Positions 16,890 to 25,469 are shown, counted from the first letter of the stretch. The stretch is 64,000 nt of DNA from Gaiellaceae bacterium (GCA_036555585.1 DATBLE010000012.1:3133-67132); one strand, 5' to 3'. Program-made: numbers and translations. The notes: generated from the sequence alone by a model not told the origin.

Positions 16890-17797
16890 TGAGCACGTGG
16901 CTCGAGAGCGTCGTCTCGGAAGAGCGGCTCCTTCTTCCTGGCCATCACGCGTGCGCGGGTTGCGGCCCGGCGATCAACATCAGACACGTCCTCGGCGCCC
17001 TTGCCGCGGCGACGCCCGAATCGAAGATCGTGCTGGTCATCCCGGCTTCCTGCTGGACGATCATCGCCGGCGTCTGGCCGGTCAATGCGTTCGCCGTGAC
17101 GGTCTACCTGACGCCTTTCGCATCGGCGGCGGCCGAGGCTTCCGGCATCAAGGCTGCACTTCGCCTGCGCGGTGTCGAGAAGACGCACGTCGTGGTCTGG
17201 GGCGGTGACGGCGCCACGTGCGACATCGGGTTCTCGGGCGTTTCGGCGGCGGCCGAGCGCAACGAGGACATCCTCTACGTGCTGAACGACAACGAGGCGT
17301 ACATGAACACGGGCGTCCAGAAGTCGGGCGCTACTCCGGAAGGCGCCTGGACGACCACGACCCCTGCAAGTGCGCCGCGAGCAGGCCAGAAGAAGGATAT
17401 TGCCCGGATTCTTGCGGCGCACGGCATACCCTACGTCGCGACCCTTGCAGCCGGGTCGGTCCCCATGCTCCGTGACTTCAGAGCAAAGGTCGCGAGGGCG
17501 GCCGAGGTCGAAGGCTTCCGCTTCTTGCACGTTCTCGGCGCCTGCCCGCCGGGCTGGCGGTATCGCGCCGATCAATCGGTGGAGATCACACGACTCGCGG
17601 TCGAGTCACGGTACTTCCCGCTCTTGGCCTGTGACGGAGGCAACTGGAGCATCACCTTCAAGCCCAAGCATCCGGTCCCGATCCGCGACTTCCTCGAGGC
17701 ACAAGGGCGCTTCGGTCATCTCTCGTCGATGCAGGTCGAAGCGATCCAGGCTCACGTCGACGCACGCTGGAGCTCCCTGGTCTCGCTGGGGGCGTAG
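16889..17797 (+). CDS. porB: 2-oxoacid:ferredoxin oxidoreductase beta (TPP-binding) subunit
   Basis: TAATG overlap with porA. HHACAGCGPAI, GGDGATCDIGFSGV, NDNEAYMNTGVQKS. Confidence 0.9.
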   Translation: MSTWLESVVSEERLLLPGHHACAGCGPAINIRHVLGALAAATPESKIVLVIPASCWTIIAGVWPVNAFAVTVYLTPFASAAAEASGIKAALRLRGVEKTHVVVWGGDGATCDIGFSGVSAAAERNEDILYVLNDNEAYMNTGVQKSGATPEGAWTTTTPASAPRAGQKKDIARILAAHGIPYVATLAAGSVPMLRDFRAKVARAAEVEGFRFLHVLGACPPGWRYRADQSVEITRLAVESRYFPLLACDGGNWSITFKPKHPVPIRDFLEAQGRFGHLSSMQVEAIQAHVDARWSSLVSLGA

Positions 17798-18144
17798 TGC
17801 AGACAGGACGATCATCGATGCCACACACTGTGCCCGAGGCACTCGCGCTCGGGCAGCTCGAGCGACCCGACGAGCCCTGAGTGGGCACAAGTTCCGCATC
17901 GTCGGATCTTCCGTGAAACCGCGTACTCCACCACCTCGCCCCTCGCATGGCGCTTCTCGCGGTCTCACATCGACTGCGAACAGGTCGGCCCCTCGACCCG
18001 CTACGTTTCGCACGCGGCGTACAGGCGAAGCAGGCACAGCCAGGAGGCAACCCGGCCGGGCGCCTGCGCCGAGCGGTTCCAGGAGAAACCGCCGTAGGGC
18101 TGCTTCGCCCGTATCGTGACGAGTCGCGAGCGAACGGTCATATA

Positions 18145-18172
18145 GAAAAGCCCTACCGGAGCAGGGCTTTTC
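18145..18172. terminator. Bidirectional intrinsic terminator (GAAAAGCCCT-N8-AGGGCTTTTC) directly 3' of rnpB
   Basis: Perfect 10-bp stem with a U-tract on both strands. On the minus strand it follows the P1 3' strand of RNase P RNA by about 5 nt. Confidence 0.7.
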
Positions 18173-18176
18173 CGTA

Positions 18177-18524
18177 GCAGGCCTGTAAGCCGGATTCTGT
18201 CGTGGGTGGCCATCTCTCTAGGCCGGCGCTTGCGCGACGGCTCGAGCGGTGTACCCGGTTCCTCGGCGGGCCGCGTCGTCGGAACCTGCTTCACCTTGCA
18301 CCGGACGGGGTTTGGCGAGCCGCCGCGTCACCGCGACGCTGGTGGGCTCTTACCCCACCTTTTCACCCTTACCGCCGGCGTCTCCGGAGAGGTTGTCGCC
18401 GGAGGCGGTCTCCTTTCTGTGCCACTTTCCGTCGGCTTTCGCCGCCTGGGGTTTCCCCAGCGTCCTGCCCTGCGGTGTCCGGACTTTCCTCGGCGCCCGA
18501 AGGCGTCGCGGTCACCCGGCCTGC
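18177..18524 (-). ncRNA. rnpB: RNase P RNA, bacterial type A
   Basis: Minus-strand universal blocks: GAGGAAAGUCCGGAC (rc of 18477-18491), GGUAAGGGUGAAAAGGUGGGGUAAGAGCCCACC, CAAACCCCGUCCGGUGCAAG and ACAGAAUCCGGCUUACAG (rc of 18184-18201). P1 pairing is GCAGGCC (5') with GGCCUGC (3'). About 348 nt. Confidence 0.85.
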
Positions 18525-18543
18525 ACGTCCATGGTAGCCGGGC

Positions 18544-18939
18544 TCAGCCGCCCATGTTGACCGCCCACACGTTCACGGGCTCGATCGTCACCTTGAAGCG
18601 GGTCTCTCCCTCGCGGTCGATCTGGCGGAGGTCGGCGCCGTACTTGGCCCCGACCCTGTCCGCGAAGCCGTAGTCGTCGTCGGGCTCGATCCTCGCGCGG
18701 CCGCGGATCTCGAGGTAGCGGTACGGGTTGCCGAGGTCGAAGATGAAGAGGCTGCACTCGGGGCGCTGCTGCAGGTTCTTCGTCTTCAGGCGCGCGGAGC
18801 TCAGCGACAGGCCGGTCTCGCCACCGTCGTGGAGGAACCAGACTCCGCTGGACGCCGGGAAGCCGCGGGCGTCGATCGTGGTGAGCACCGCGACCTCCGC
18901 GCCGAGAAGGTCGAGATGAGACTCGGGGACGTCGGTCAT
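18544..18939 (-). CDS. PPOX-class (pyridoxamine 5'-phosphate oxidase fold) probable F420-dependent enzyme
   Basis: 131 aa. AVLTTIDARGFPASSGVWFLHDG..YLEIRGRARIEPD..DREGETRFKVTIEPVNVW is typical of the actinobacterial PPOX F420 family. Confidence 0.75.
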   Translation of the reverse strand: MTDVPESHLDLLGAEVAVLTTIDARGFPASSGVWFLHDGGETGLSLSSARLKTKNLQQRPECSLFIFDLGNPYRYLEIRGRARIEPDDDYGFADRVGAKYGADLRQIDREGETRFKVTIEPVNVWAVNMGG

Positions 18940-18978
18940 GGCCGGAGTCTTGCATCCCCGGCAGCCGCGAGCCGGCGC

Positions 18979-19395
18979 TCAGATCGTCTGGGCGGCGAGC
19001 CGTTCGCCGACCGCCGAGAGCACCTTCGTCCCGATCGACGGGACGTCGTGGATCAGCGCCGAGAAGCCGGGCCTGGTCAGCACGAGCGTCTGCAGAGGGG
19101 AGCCCGCGACGACCGTGGCCGTGCGAGGCACGTCCGAGAGCAGCGCGATCTCACCGACCCAGTCGCCCGCCCCGAGCTCCGCGAGCCTCGAGCCGTCCTT
19201 CGTCACGGCCGCGTAGCCGTCGACGATCACGAAGAACTCGGAGCCCGGCTTCCCTTCCCTCATCAACGTCTCGCCCTCCTGGAACTCGACCAAGTCGGCG
19301 AGGGTCGCCACCCGCGCGAGCTCGGTCTTCGAGCAGCGGGCCAGGAGCGGGACCCGCGAGAGGAGCTCGATCTTCTGGTCCTTCCGGAAGCGCAC
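18979..19395 (-). CDS. Stand-alone cyclic-nucleotide-binding domain protein
   Basis: The C-terminal 139 aa of the 261-aa ORF form a cNMP domain (LLSRVPLLARCSKTELARVATL..EGKPGSEFFVIVDG..LGAGDWVGEIALLSDVPRTATVVA). Start assumed at GTG 19395; the upstream part is antisense to the 19478 gene. Confidence 0.75.
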   Translation of the reverse strand: MRFRKDQKIELLSRVPLLARCSKTELARVATLADLVEFQEGETLMREGKPGSEFFVIVDGYAAVTKDGSRLAELGAGDWVGEIALLSDVPRTATVVAGSPLQTLVLTRPGFSALIHDVPSIGTKVLSAVGERLAAQTI

Positions 19396-19477
19396 GCGTG
19401 GATCGTAAACCGCACGTGCCGCGCGGCACAGGGCTCCCGAGCCTCGAGCCGAGCCTCGCTGTTTCCGGAGGCGAGAT

Positions 19478-19876
19478 GTGGATATGCGTTTCCGAGAGAT
19501 GGCGACGCTCACCGTCCACCCCCGTCCGACGCCCGAGGAGCGCGCGGACGCGCCGGTCGACGTCCAGGTCGACGATGTGGCGATGATCCACGCGGCGATG
19601 CTCGAGGACTGGGTCACGCCGCGACAGAGCTGGGCGCTCGAGCTGCGCGAGGGGCACGAGTTCGGCCGGGCGAACAACGTCGAGGCCCACCTCCTCTTCG
19701 TCTCCGGGGAGCAGACCTCGTCGCTCCTGTTCCGCCTCGACCAGCTCGACCGCGCCGACGACACGGGTCAGGAGCTGGTGCTTCGCTTCGAGGAGCGCGA
19801 CGGGATCGCCAAGCTCGTGCGCTGCTCGTCGACGGGCCTCGCCGTCGAGCTGCACCACATCCTCACGACGACGTAA
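19478..19876 (+). CDS. Hypothetical protein (132 aa)
   Basis: GTG 19478 lies 6 nt after GGAGG. Very high GC3 and balanced composition, unlike the Arg-rich antisense ORF. No family recognised. Confidence 0.55.
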   Translation: MDMRFREMATLTVHPRPTPEERADAPVDVQVDDVAMIHAAMLEDWVTPRQSWALELREGHEFGRANNVEAHLLFVSGEQTSSLLFRLDQLDRADDTGQELVLRFEERDGIAKLVRCSSTGLAVELHHILTTT

Positions 19877-20071
19877 CTAGAGCGTCGACGTCCCCGCCTC
19901 CCGGGCGAGGGCCGCGCCTTCCGCCTCGAGCTCGAGGCCGCACTGCATGCAGCCGATCCCGTCGGCGCGGTGCAGCAGGAACTCGCCGCAGACGGGGCAC
20001 TCCAGGCTCGCCCGGCGGAGGATCGCGACCAGCTCCTGGTCGAGCGTGCGATGCAGGGACGCGACCGTCAC
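19877..20071 (-). CDS. Zinc-ribbon miniprotein (64 aa; CPVC..CMQC), translationally coupled to lexA
   Basis: GTGA start/stop overlap with lexA; high GC3; two CxxC pairs 18 residues apart. Confidence 0.55.
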   Translation of the reverse strand: MTVASLHRTLDQELVAILRRASLECPVCGEFLLHRADGIGCMQCGLELEAEGAALAREAGTSTL

Positions 20072-20739
20072 AGCGAGCGGAACACCCCCGTCACCCTGCC
20101 GAGGATCTGGACGTGATTCGCGTAGATCGGCTCGTAGGCCTGGTTCTCGGGCTGCAGCCGGACACGGCCCCGTTCGCGGAAGAACCGCTTCACCGTCGCC
20201 TCGTCGGCCGACTCGTCGTCGCCGGCGAGCGCGACGACGATCTCGCCGTCGCGGGCGTCCGGCTGGCGGCGGACGACGACGTAGTCGCCCTCGAGGATGC
20301 CGGCTTCCTGCATCGAGTCGCCGCGGACGCGGAGCAGGAACTCCTCGCCGCCGCGCGACAGGGGCTCGGGCACGGAGATGTAGGCGTCGACGTTCTGCTC
20401 GGCGAGCAGGGGGCCGCCGGCGGCGATCTGGCCGAGGAGCGGCAGCGCGTGGACACCGTCTCTGAAACCGGCACTACCGCCCTCGTGCTCGACGGGCTCC
20501 GCCCTGGCCCGGCCGGTGAGCTCGAGCGCGCGCGGCTTCGTCGGGTCGCGCTTGATCAGCCCGGCCCGCTCGAGGTTGGCGAGGTGGGCGTGGACGGTGG
20601 ACGGGGAGGCGAGCCCGACCTGCTCCCCGATCTCGCGGACGGTCGGCGGGTAGCCGTGCGAATCGACGTACTCGACGAGGAACTCCCAGATCTCCTGCTG
20701 GCGCTTGGTGAGCAAGCCACTCCCTTCGGATGCGAACAT
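20068..20739 (-). CDS. lexA: LexA repressor
   Basis: 223 aa from ATG 20739. wHTH (LTKRQQEIWEFLVEYVDSHGYPPTVREIGEQVGLASPSTVHAHLANLERAGLI). S24 peptidase (LLGQIAAG cleavage region, RGDSM, VKR). Alternative in-frame TTG at 20775 with an AGGAGG SD. Confidence 0.9.
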   Translation of the reverse strand: MFASEGSGLLTKRQQEIWEFLVEYVDSHGYPPTVREIGEQVGLASPSTVHAHLANLERAGLIKRDPTKPRALELTGRARAEPVEHEGGSAGFRDGVHALPLLGQIAAGGPLLAEQNVDAYISVPEPLSRGGEEFLLRVRGDSMQEAGILEGDYVVVRRQPDARDGEIVVALAGDDESADEATVKRFFRERGRVRLQPENQAYEPIYANHVQILGRVTGVFRSL

Positions 20740-20746
20740 GCGTTCG
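20733..20746 (-). promoter_or_regulatory. SOS (Cheo-type) box CGAAC-N4-GTTCG overlapping the lexA start codon
   Basis: Minus strand reads CGAACGCATGTTCG, with perfect GAAC-N4-GTTC arms. The ATG of lexA sits in the spacer. Confidence 0.7.
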
Positions 20747-20775
20747 AGAGTAGCGACGTGTTCGGACGCCGTCAA
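20747..20775 (-). promoter_or_regulatory. Candidate lexA promoter: TTGACG-17 nt-TACTCT, placing the TSS at or next to the ATG (leaderless)
   Basis: Read on the minus strand: TTGACG gcgtccgaacacgtcgc TACTCT cgaacgc ATG. Confidence 0.45.
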
Positions 20776-20810
20776 GGGATTCCTCCTTCCCTCGCTACAC
20801 TGTCGCCCGC

Positions 20811-20895
<85 letters not shown>

Positions 20896-20908
20896 CTGGC
20901 CAGAGACG

Positions 20909-20933
20909 ACGCGGCCCTTTGGGCCGCGTTTTC
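20909..20933 (+). terminator. Intrinsic terminator after tRNA-Leu (ACGCGGCCC-TTT-GGGCCGCGT + TTTC)
   Basis: 9-bp perfect stem followed by a T-tract, read directly. Confidence 0.65.
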
Positions 20934-20965
20934 GTAGCGGCTCCGCGCAGGTAGGTTGCGGGGCG

Positions 20966-22402
20966 ATGCGGGACGCGTGTGCAGCGGCGATCGACGCGGC
21001 GCTCGGCGCCGGAGCGTCGTACGCCGACGCGCGCGCGATCCTGCGGCGGTCGCAGTCGGTCGGCACCCGGAACGGCCGCGTGGTCACGCTGACGGACGCG
21101 GAGTCGGAGGGCATCGGCGTCCGCGTGCTCGTCGGCGGCTCGTGGGGCTTCGCCTGCGACCGCCGGCTGGACGCGGCCGGCGGACGGGAGGCTGCGCTTC
21201 GCGCCTGCGCCTTCGCGGCCGCGGCCGGCGGAAACGGCACCCGCTCCCTCGCGCCGGTCGAGGCGCAGACGGGCAGCTTCCGCTCGGCGGTCGAGATCGA
21301 CCCGTTCTCGGTGTCGCTCCAGGACAAGATCGCGCTCTGCCTGCGCGCGGAGGAGGCGCTCAGACGGCCCGAGGTCAAAGTCGCCCAGGCGTCGGTACGC
21401 GCCGTCGGCGAGCGCAAGCTCTTCCTCTCCTCGGACGGGGCGGAGATCGAGCAGGAGCTCGTCGAGTGCGGCGGCGGGATCGACGCGACCGCGGTCGGCG
21501 ACGACGGCGTCGTCCAGGAGCGCAGCTACCCGAGCGCCCACGTCGGCTCGAGCGCGCAGGGCGGCTGGGAGTACGTGGAGGGCCTGGGGCTCGAGCGCGA
21601 GGCGCCGCGCGTCGCCGAGCAGGCGGCGCAGCTCCTGCGTGCCGACGAGTGCCCGTCGCTCGTCACCACCGTCGTGATCGACCACGAGCAGATGCAGCTC
21701 CAGGTGCACGAGTCGGTCGGCCACCCGACCGAGCTCGACCGGGTCTACGGCACCGAGGCCGCCTACGCCGGCACCAGCTTCCTGCAGCCGGGCGACCTGG
21801 GGACGCTGCGCTACGGCTCCGAGCACATGAACATCACCGCCGATCCGACGACGCCGCTGGGCCTCGGCACGTTCGGCTTCGACGACGAGGGCGTTCCGGC
21901 CGCGGCGGTGCCGGTCGTCTCCGCGGGCGTGCTGTCGGGATTCCTCACCTCGCGGGAGACGGCTGCACGGATCGGCCACGGCGCCGGCGGCTCGATGCGG
22001 GCGGACGGCTGGCACCGGATGCCGCTCGTGCGGATGACCAACCTGCACCTGGAGCCCGGCACGGGCACGCTCGAGGAGCTGATCTCGGAGGTGGCGGAGG
22101 GCATCTACCTGGAGACGAACCGCAGCTGGTCGATCGACGACAAGCGGCTCAACTTCCAGTTCGGCACGCAGATGGCGTGGGAGATCAAGCGGGGCCGGCT
22201 GACGCGGCTGTTGCGGGACGCGACCTACACGGGGACGACGCCACGGTTCTGGGGCTCGCTCGACCGCGTCGCCGGGCCCGAGGCGTGGGTGATGTACGGG
22301 CTGACGAACTGCGGCAAGGGCCAGCCGGGGCAGAGTGCGCACGTGTCGCACGGCGCTTCGCCCGCCCGCTTCCGCGACGTCCAGGTCGGGGTGAAGGCAT
22401 GA
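20966..22402 (+). CDS. tldD: TldD-family metalloprotease
   Basis: In-frame ATG 20966, downstream of the tRNA. HExxxH (VHESVGHPTE). C-terminal GIYLETNRSWSIDDKRLNFQFG..CGKGQPGQSAHVSHGASP. Confidence 0.9.
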   Translation: MRDACAAAIDAALGAGASYADARAILRRSQSVGTRNGRVVTLTDAESEGIGVRVLVGGSWGFACDRRLDAAGGREAALRACAFAAAAGGNGTRSLAPVEAQTGSFRSAVEIDPFSVSLQDKIALCLRAEEALRRPEVKVAQASVRAVGERKLFLSSDGAEIEQELVECGGGIDATAVGDDGVVQERSYPSAHVGSSAQGGWEYVEGLGLEREAPRVAEQAAQLLRADECPSLVTTVVIDHEQMQLQVHESVGHPTELDRVYGTEAAYAGTSFLQPGDLGTLRYGSEHMNITADPTTPLGLGTFGFDDEGVPAAAVPVVSAGVLSGFLTSRETAARIGHGAGGSMRADGWHRMPLVRMTNLHLEPGTGTLEELISEVAEGIYLETNRSWSIDDKRLNFQFGTQMAWEIKRGRLTRLLRDATYTGTTPRFWGSLDRVAGPEAWVMYGLTNCGKGQPGQSAHVSHGASPARFRDVQVGVKA

Positions 22403-23757
22403 GTGAGCTGCTCGAGCTGGCGGAGCACGCGGTCGCGCTCGCCGGAGCCGGCCAGGCCGAGGCGGTCGTCACCACGGAGCGGTCGGGCTTCGCCCGCTTC
22501 GCCGCCGGCGAGGTCCACCAGCCGACGCTGATCGACGACACGGTCGTCCAGCTCCGCGTGATCGACGACGGCCGCTCGGGCGCCGCGAGCTCCAACCGCG
22601 CCGACGAGGAAGGGCTGGCCGAGCTCGCCCGGCGCGCACGCGAGGCGGCTGCGGGCGCCGACCGCGATCCCGACCTCGTACCCCTCGCCGAGCCGGCGGC
22701 GCTGCCGGAGGTCGAGGGGTACGACGAGGCGACCGCGGCGCTCGGCGCCGGCGACCAGGCCAGGCTGGCCGAGGCCGCAATCGCGGCGACCGGCGACTTC
22801 GGGCTCTACGGCTACTTCACGAGCGGCGTCACGGGCCTGGCGATCGCCTCCACGACCGGCCTGCGCGCGTTCGAGCAGAAGACCGACGCCACGTGCCTCG
22901 CGCTCGCGGCCGTCGACGGCGCATCCGGCCACGCCCAGCGAACCGCCTGGCGAGCAGGCGAGCTCGACCCGGCCGCGGTCGCGAAGGAGGCGGTGGCCAA
23001 GGCGGAGCGGACGCGCGAGGCGGTCGACGCGCCTCCCGCCCGCTACCGCGCAGTCCTGGAGCCGTACGCGATCGCCGAGCTCCTGTACTACGCCGCCTTC
23101 GACATGTTCAACGGCCAGGCGCTGCTCGAGGAGCGCAGCTGGTTCGCCGGGCGGATCGGGGAGCGTGCGCTCGACCCGAAGGTGACGCTGGTCGACGACG
23201 GGCTCGACCGGCGCGGCCTGCCCCGCGCCTTCGACTTCGAGGGGACGCCGAAGCAACGCGTCGTGCTGGTCGAGGACGGGGTGATCAGGGACACCGTGTG
23301 GGACCGAGAGACGGCGGCCCAGGCGGGTCGCGCGTCGACCGGGCACGCCCTGCCGCTCTCCGCCCGCGCCGAGGGCGCGATCGCGACCGCCGTCGCGATG
23401 TCGCCGGGCGAAGCCGAGTCGACCGACGAGCTGGCGGAGCTCGTCGGCGACGGCATCTACGTCACGCGGCTCCACTACCTCGGCGTCGTCAACCCGCGCG
23501 AGGGCGTGATCACCGGGATGACCAAGGACGGTACGTTCCGGATCTCGGGCGGCAAGGTGGCCGAGCCGCTCGTCAACCTCCGCTTCACGGTCGCGCTGCC
23601 GGAGCTGCTCGCCGACGTCCCGGGCCTGACCCGCGACACCCTGCTCGTCAACGAGAGCGACTTCTATGACGAGCGCTGGGCGTACGGCTACCGCGTGCCC
23701 GCGATCGCGACCGCCTGCTTCAACGTGACCGGCTCCGGCTCCCGGCCCGGCCTCTGA
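22399..23757 (+). CDS. PmbA/TldE-family protein (TldD partner)
   Basis: ATGA overlap with tldD. ELLELAEHAVALAG..AEAVVTTERSGFARFAAGEVHQ..GDGIYVTRLHY..GMTKDGTF.I.GGKV. Confidence 0.85.
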   Translation: MSELLELAEHAVALAGAGQAEAVVTTERSGFARFAAGEVHQPTLIDDTVVQLRVIDDGRSGAASSNRADEEGLAELARRAREAAAGADRDPDLVPLAEPAALPEVEGYDEATAALGAGDQARLAEAAIAATGDFGLYGYFTSGVTGLAIASTTGLRAFEQKTDATCLALAAVDGASGHAQRTAWRAGELDPAAVAKEAVAKAERTREAVDAPPARYRAVLEPYAIAELLYYAAFDMFNGQALLEERSWFAGRIGERALDPKVTLVDDGLDRRGLPRAFDFEGTPKQRVVLVEDGVIRDTVWDRETAAQAGRASTGHALPLSARAEGAIATAVAMSPGEAESTDELAELVGDGIYVTRLHYLGVVNPREGVITGMTKDGTFRISGGKVAEPLVNLRFTVALPELLADVPGLTRDTLLVNESDFYDERWAYGYRVPAIATACFNVTGSGSRPGL

Positions 23758-23763
23758 CGTAGC

Positions 23764-25122
23764 GTGCGCCGTCGCGCGGCACTCGTGCTGGCTCTGGCCC
23801 TCGCGGCGGGTGCAGCCAGCGACAGGCTCGAGCCTGTCACTGCCGTGGCGGCGGGCCCACCCGTTCGCCTGACGCTCGCCGCGTCCGTCCCGCCCCGATA
23901 CGACCCGGCTGCGCCGATCACGACGCCTGCCCAGGTGAGCCCCACGTCCTGGACGGCGCTCGTCACCCTCCGCTGGCCGGGCGGCGGGCTCTGCACCGGG
24001 ACGTACCGGTGGACGATCGGAGGGAAGCCGGCGGCGTTCGTCCAGCAGCGCAGCCGCCTCAACGGGCTGCGGACGTGCACGTTCGCCTTCGCCCGCTTCC
24101 CGGCGCTCGGCCGCCCCTACCGCGTGAACGTGACCGCCACCCGCGGCGACGCGACCGGCAAGGGGCAGGTCAGCGTGACCATCCGCGACACGCTCGTCGT
24201 CGGCCTCGGCGACTCGACCGCCTCCGGCGAGGGCAACCCCGACTCCGGGATCGCGCTCGTGCGCTGGCAGGACGCCCGGTGCCATCGCTCGGCCAAGGGC
24301 TTCGAGGCGCTGGCGGCGGCCAGGCTCGAGGCGGCGAGCCCGACGTCGTCGGTGACCTTCGTCGGGCTGGCCTGCTCGGGCGCGTCGATCCCGACCGGGC
24401 TGCTCGGGCCGTACGCCGGGATCGCCCCGTCGGGCGGCATCGTCCTCCCGCCCCAGGTCGACGCGATGAAGGCGCTGATCGGCTCGCGCCGACCCGACGC
24501 CGTCCTGATCAGCATCGGCATCAACGACCTCGGCTTCGGGAGCGTCGCGCGGTTCTGCTTCGACGACGGCGTCGACGCCGCCACCGCCGCCACCGTCGAC
24601 TGCTGGACGAAGCCGTATCCCACGCCCGCGTCGCCGGAGACGCTGCAGGAGTTCGTCCGCGCCCGGGCGGCCGCACTTCCGGGCCGCTACGCGCAGCTGG
24701 CCCAGGCGCTCCAGCAGGCAGGCGTCCCGGCGTCGAAGGTGTACGTGACCGAGTATCCGGACCCGACCCGTGACCAGGGTGGGCAGCCCTGCAATCCCCT
24801 GATCCCGTACCTCGACGGCACGCCCTTCGGCTTCCCGGTGCGGGGGACGATCACCCAGACCGAGGCGATCGAGGCCGAGAGCGAGCTGGTCGCGCCCGTG
24901 AACAGCGCCCTGAGAGCGGCCGCATCCGCCTACGGATGGCACCTCGTCGCCGGCATCGCGGCGCAGTCGGCGACCCACGGGCTGTGCGCCGTGACCCCCT
25001 GGTTCCGCAGCGTCTCCGACTCGCTGGTCACGCAGCACGACGTGCTCGGCACCCTGCACCCGAACGTGCAGGGCCAGCAGGCGATCGCCGGCCTCGTCGT
25101 CGCCGCGCTGCTCAAGCGCTGA
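23764..25122 (+). CDS. Secreted SGNH/GDSL-family hydrolase with N-terminal extra domain
   Basis: Signal peptide MRRRAALVLALALAAGAAS. Block I GLGDSTASGEG, block III-like ISIGINDLG, block V LGTLHPN. Confidence 0.75.
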   Translation: MRRRAALVLALALAAGAASDRLEPVTAVAAGPPVRLTLAASVPPRYDPAAPITTPAQVSPTSWTALVTLRWPGGGLCTGTYRWTIGGKPAAFVQQRSRLNGLRTCTFAFARFPALGRPYRVNVTATRGDATGKGQVSVTIRDTLVVGLGDSTASGEGNPDSGIALVRWQDARCHRSAKGFEALAAARLEAASPTSSVTFVGLACSGASIPTGLLGPYAGIAPSGGIVLPPQVDAMKALIGSRRPDAVLISIGINDLGFGSVARFCFDDGVDAATAATVDCWTKPYPTPASPETLQEFVRARAAALPGRYAQLAQALQQAGVPASKVYVTEYPDPTRDQGGQPCNPLIPYLDGTPFGFPVRGTITQTEAIEAESELVAPVNSALRAAASAYGWHLVAGIAAQSATHGLCAVTPWFRSVSDSLVTQHDVLGTLHPNVQGQQAIAGLVVAALLKR

Positions 25123-25190
25123 CGATCAGGCGAACCACGCCCGCATCCCTCCTGGCCTTGGCAGTTCCCCGCGCGGGAGCGCGAGCGAGC

Positions 25191-25209
25191 GGCCGGGCTC
25201 CGCCCGGCC
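25191..25209. terminator. GC hairpin (GGCCGGGC-TCC-GCCCGGCC) between the convergent SGNH and secG genes
   Basis: Read directly; no clear U-tract. Confidence 0.35.
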
Positions 25210-25229
25210 TGCGAAGCAACCCAGCTAAC

Positions 25230-25469
25230 TCAGCCGAGGAGGTGGAACAAAGCGACCGTGCAGATCGCGAAGCCGATCGCGACCGCGACCGTCAGGCGGG
25301 TGAGGTTGCGCTCGACGATGTGCGTGCCCCCCTGCGAGGCCGGGGTGAAGCCCATCCCGCCGAAGCCGGTGTCCCGGCCGGAGTGCATCAGGATCAGGAG
25401 GATCAGCGCGATCGAGAGCAGTACCTGCAGGACGGCGACGAGCGAGAGCCAGAACGAGGCGACGACCAC
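25230..25469 (-). CDS. secG: Preprotein translocase subunit SecG
   Basis: 79 aa; two TMs; LLILMHSGRDTGFGGMG is the typical SecG core. Confidence 0.85.
   Translation of the reverse strand: MVVASFWLSLVAVLQVLLSIALILLILMHSGRDTGFGGMGFTPASQGGTHIVERNLTRLTVAVAIGFAICTVALFHLLG

Noticed and set aside
18001-18294. 97-aa minus ORF and three plus ORFs (18202-18673) across the rnpB locus.
   Set aside because: The region is fully explained by RNase P RNA plus its terminator. The ORF products are Arg/Pro-rich.
20740-20775. Alternative lexA start at TTG 20775 with an AGGAGG SD 6 nt upstream.
   Set aside because: Kept only as an alternative. That TTG is also the -35 hexamer (TTGACG) of a well-spaced promoter. 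A promoter for a longer mRNA would have to lie inside the divergent tRNA-Leu gene.
22225-25059. 944-aa minus-strand ORF, plus similar giants at 43485-46199, 45733-47742, 18829-20832, 27943-29742, 29697-31544, 53883-56507, 58574-60631 and 37100-38902 (N-terminal part).
   Set aside because: All are antisense or out-of-frame to genes with clear family motifs. Their products are Arg/Gly/Pro/Ala/Asp-rich and low-complexity, the usual stop-poor shadow ORFs of about 72% GC DNA.
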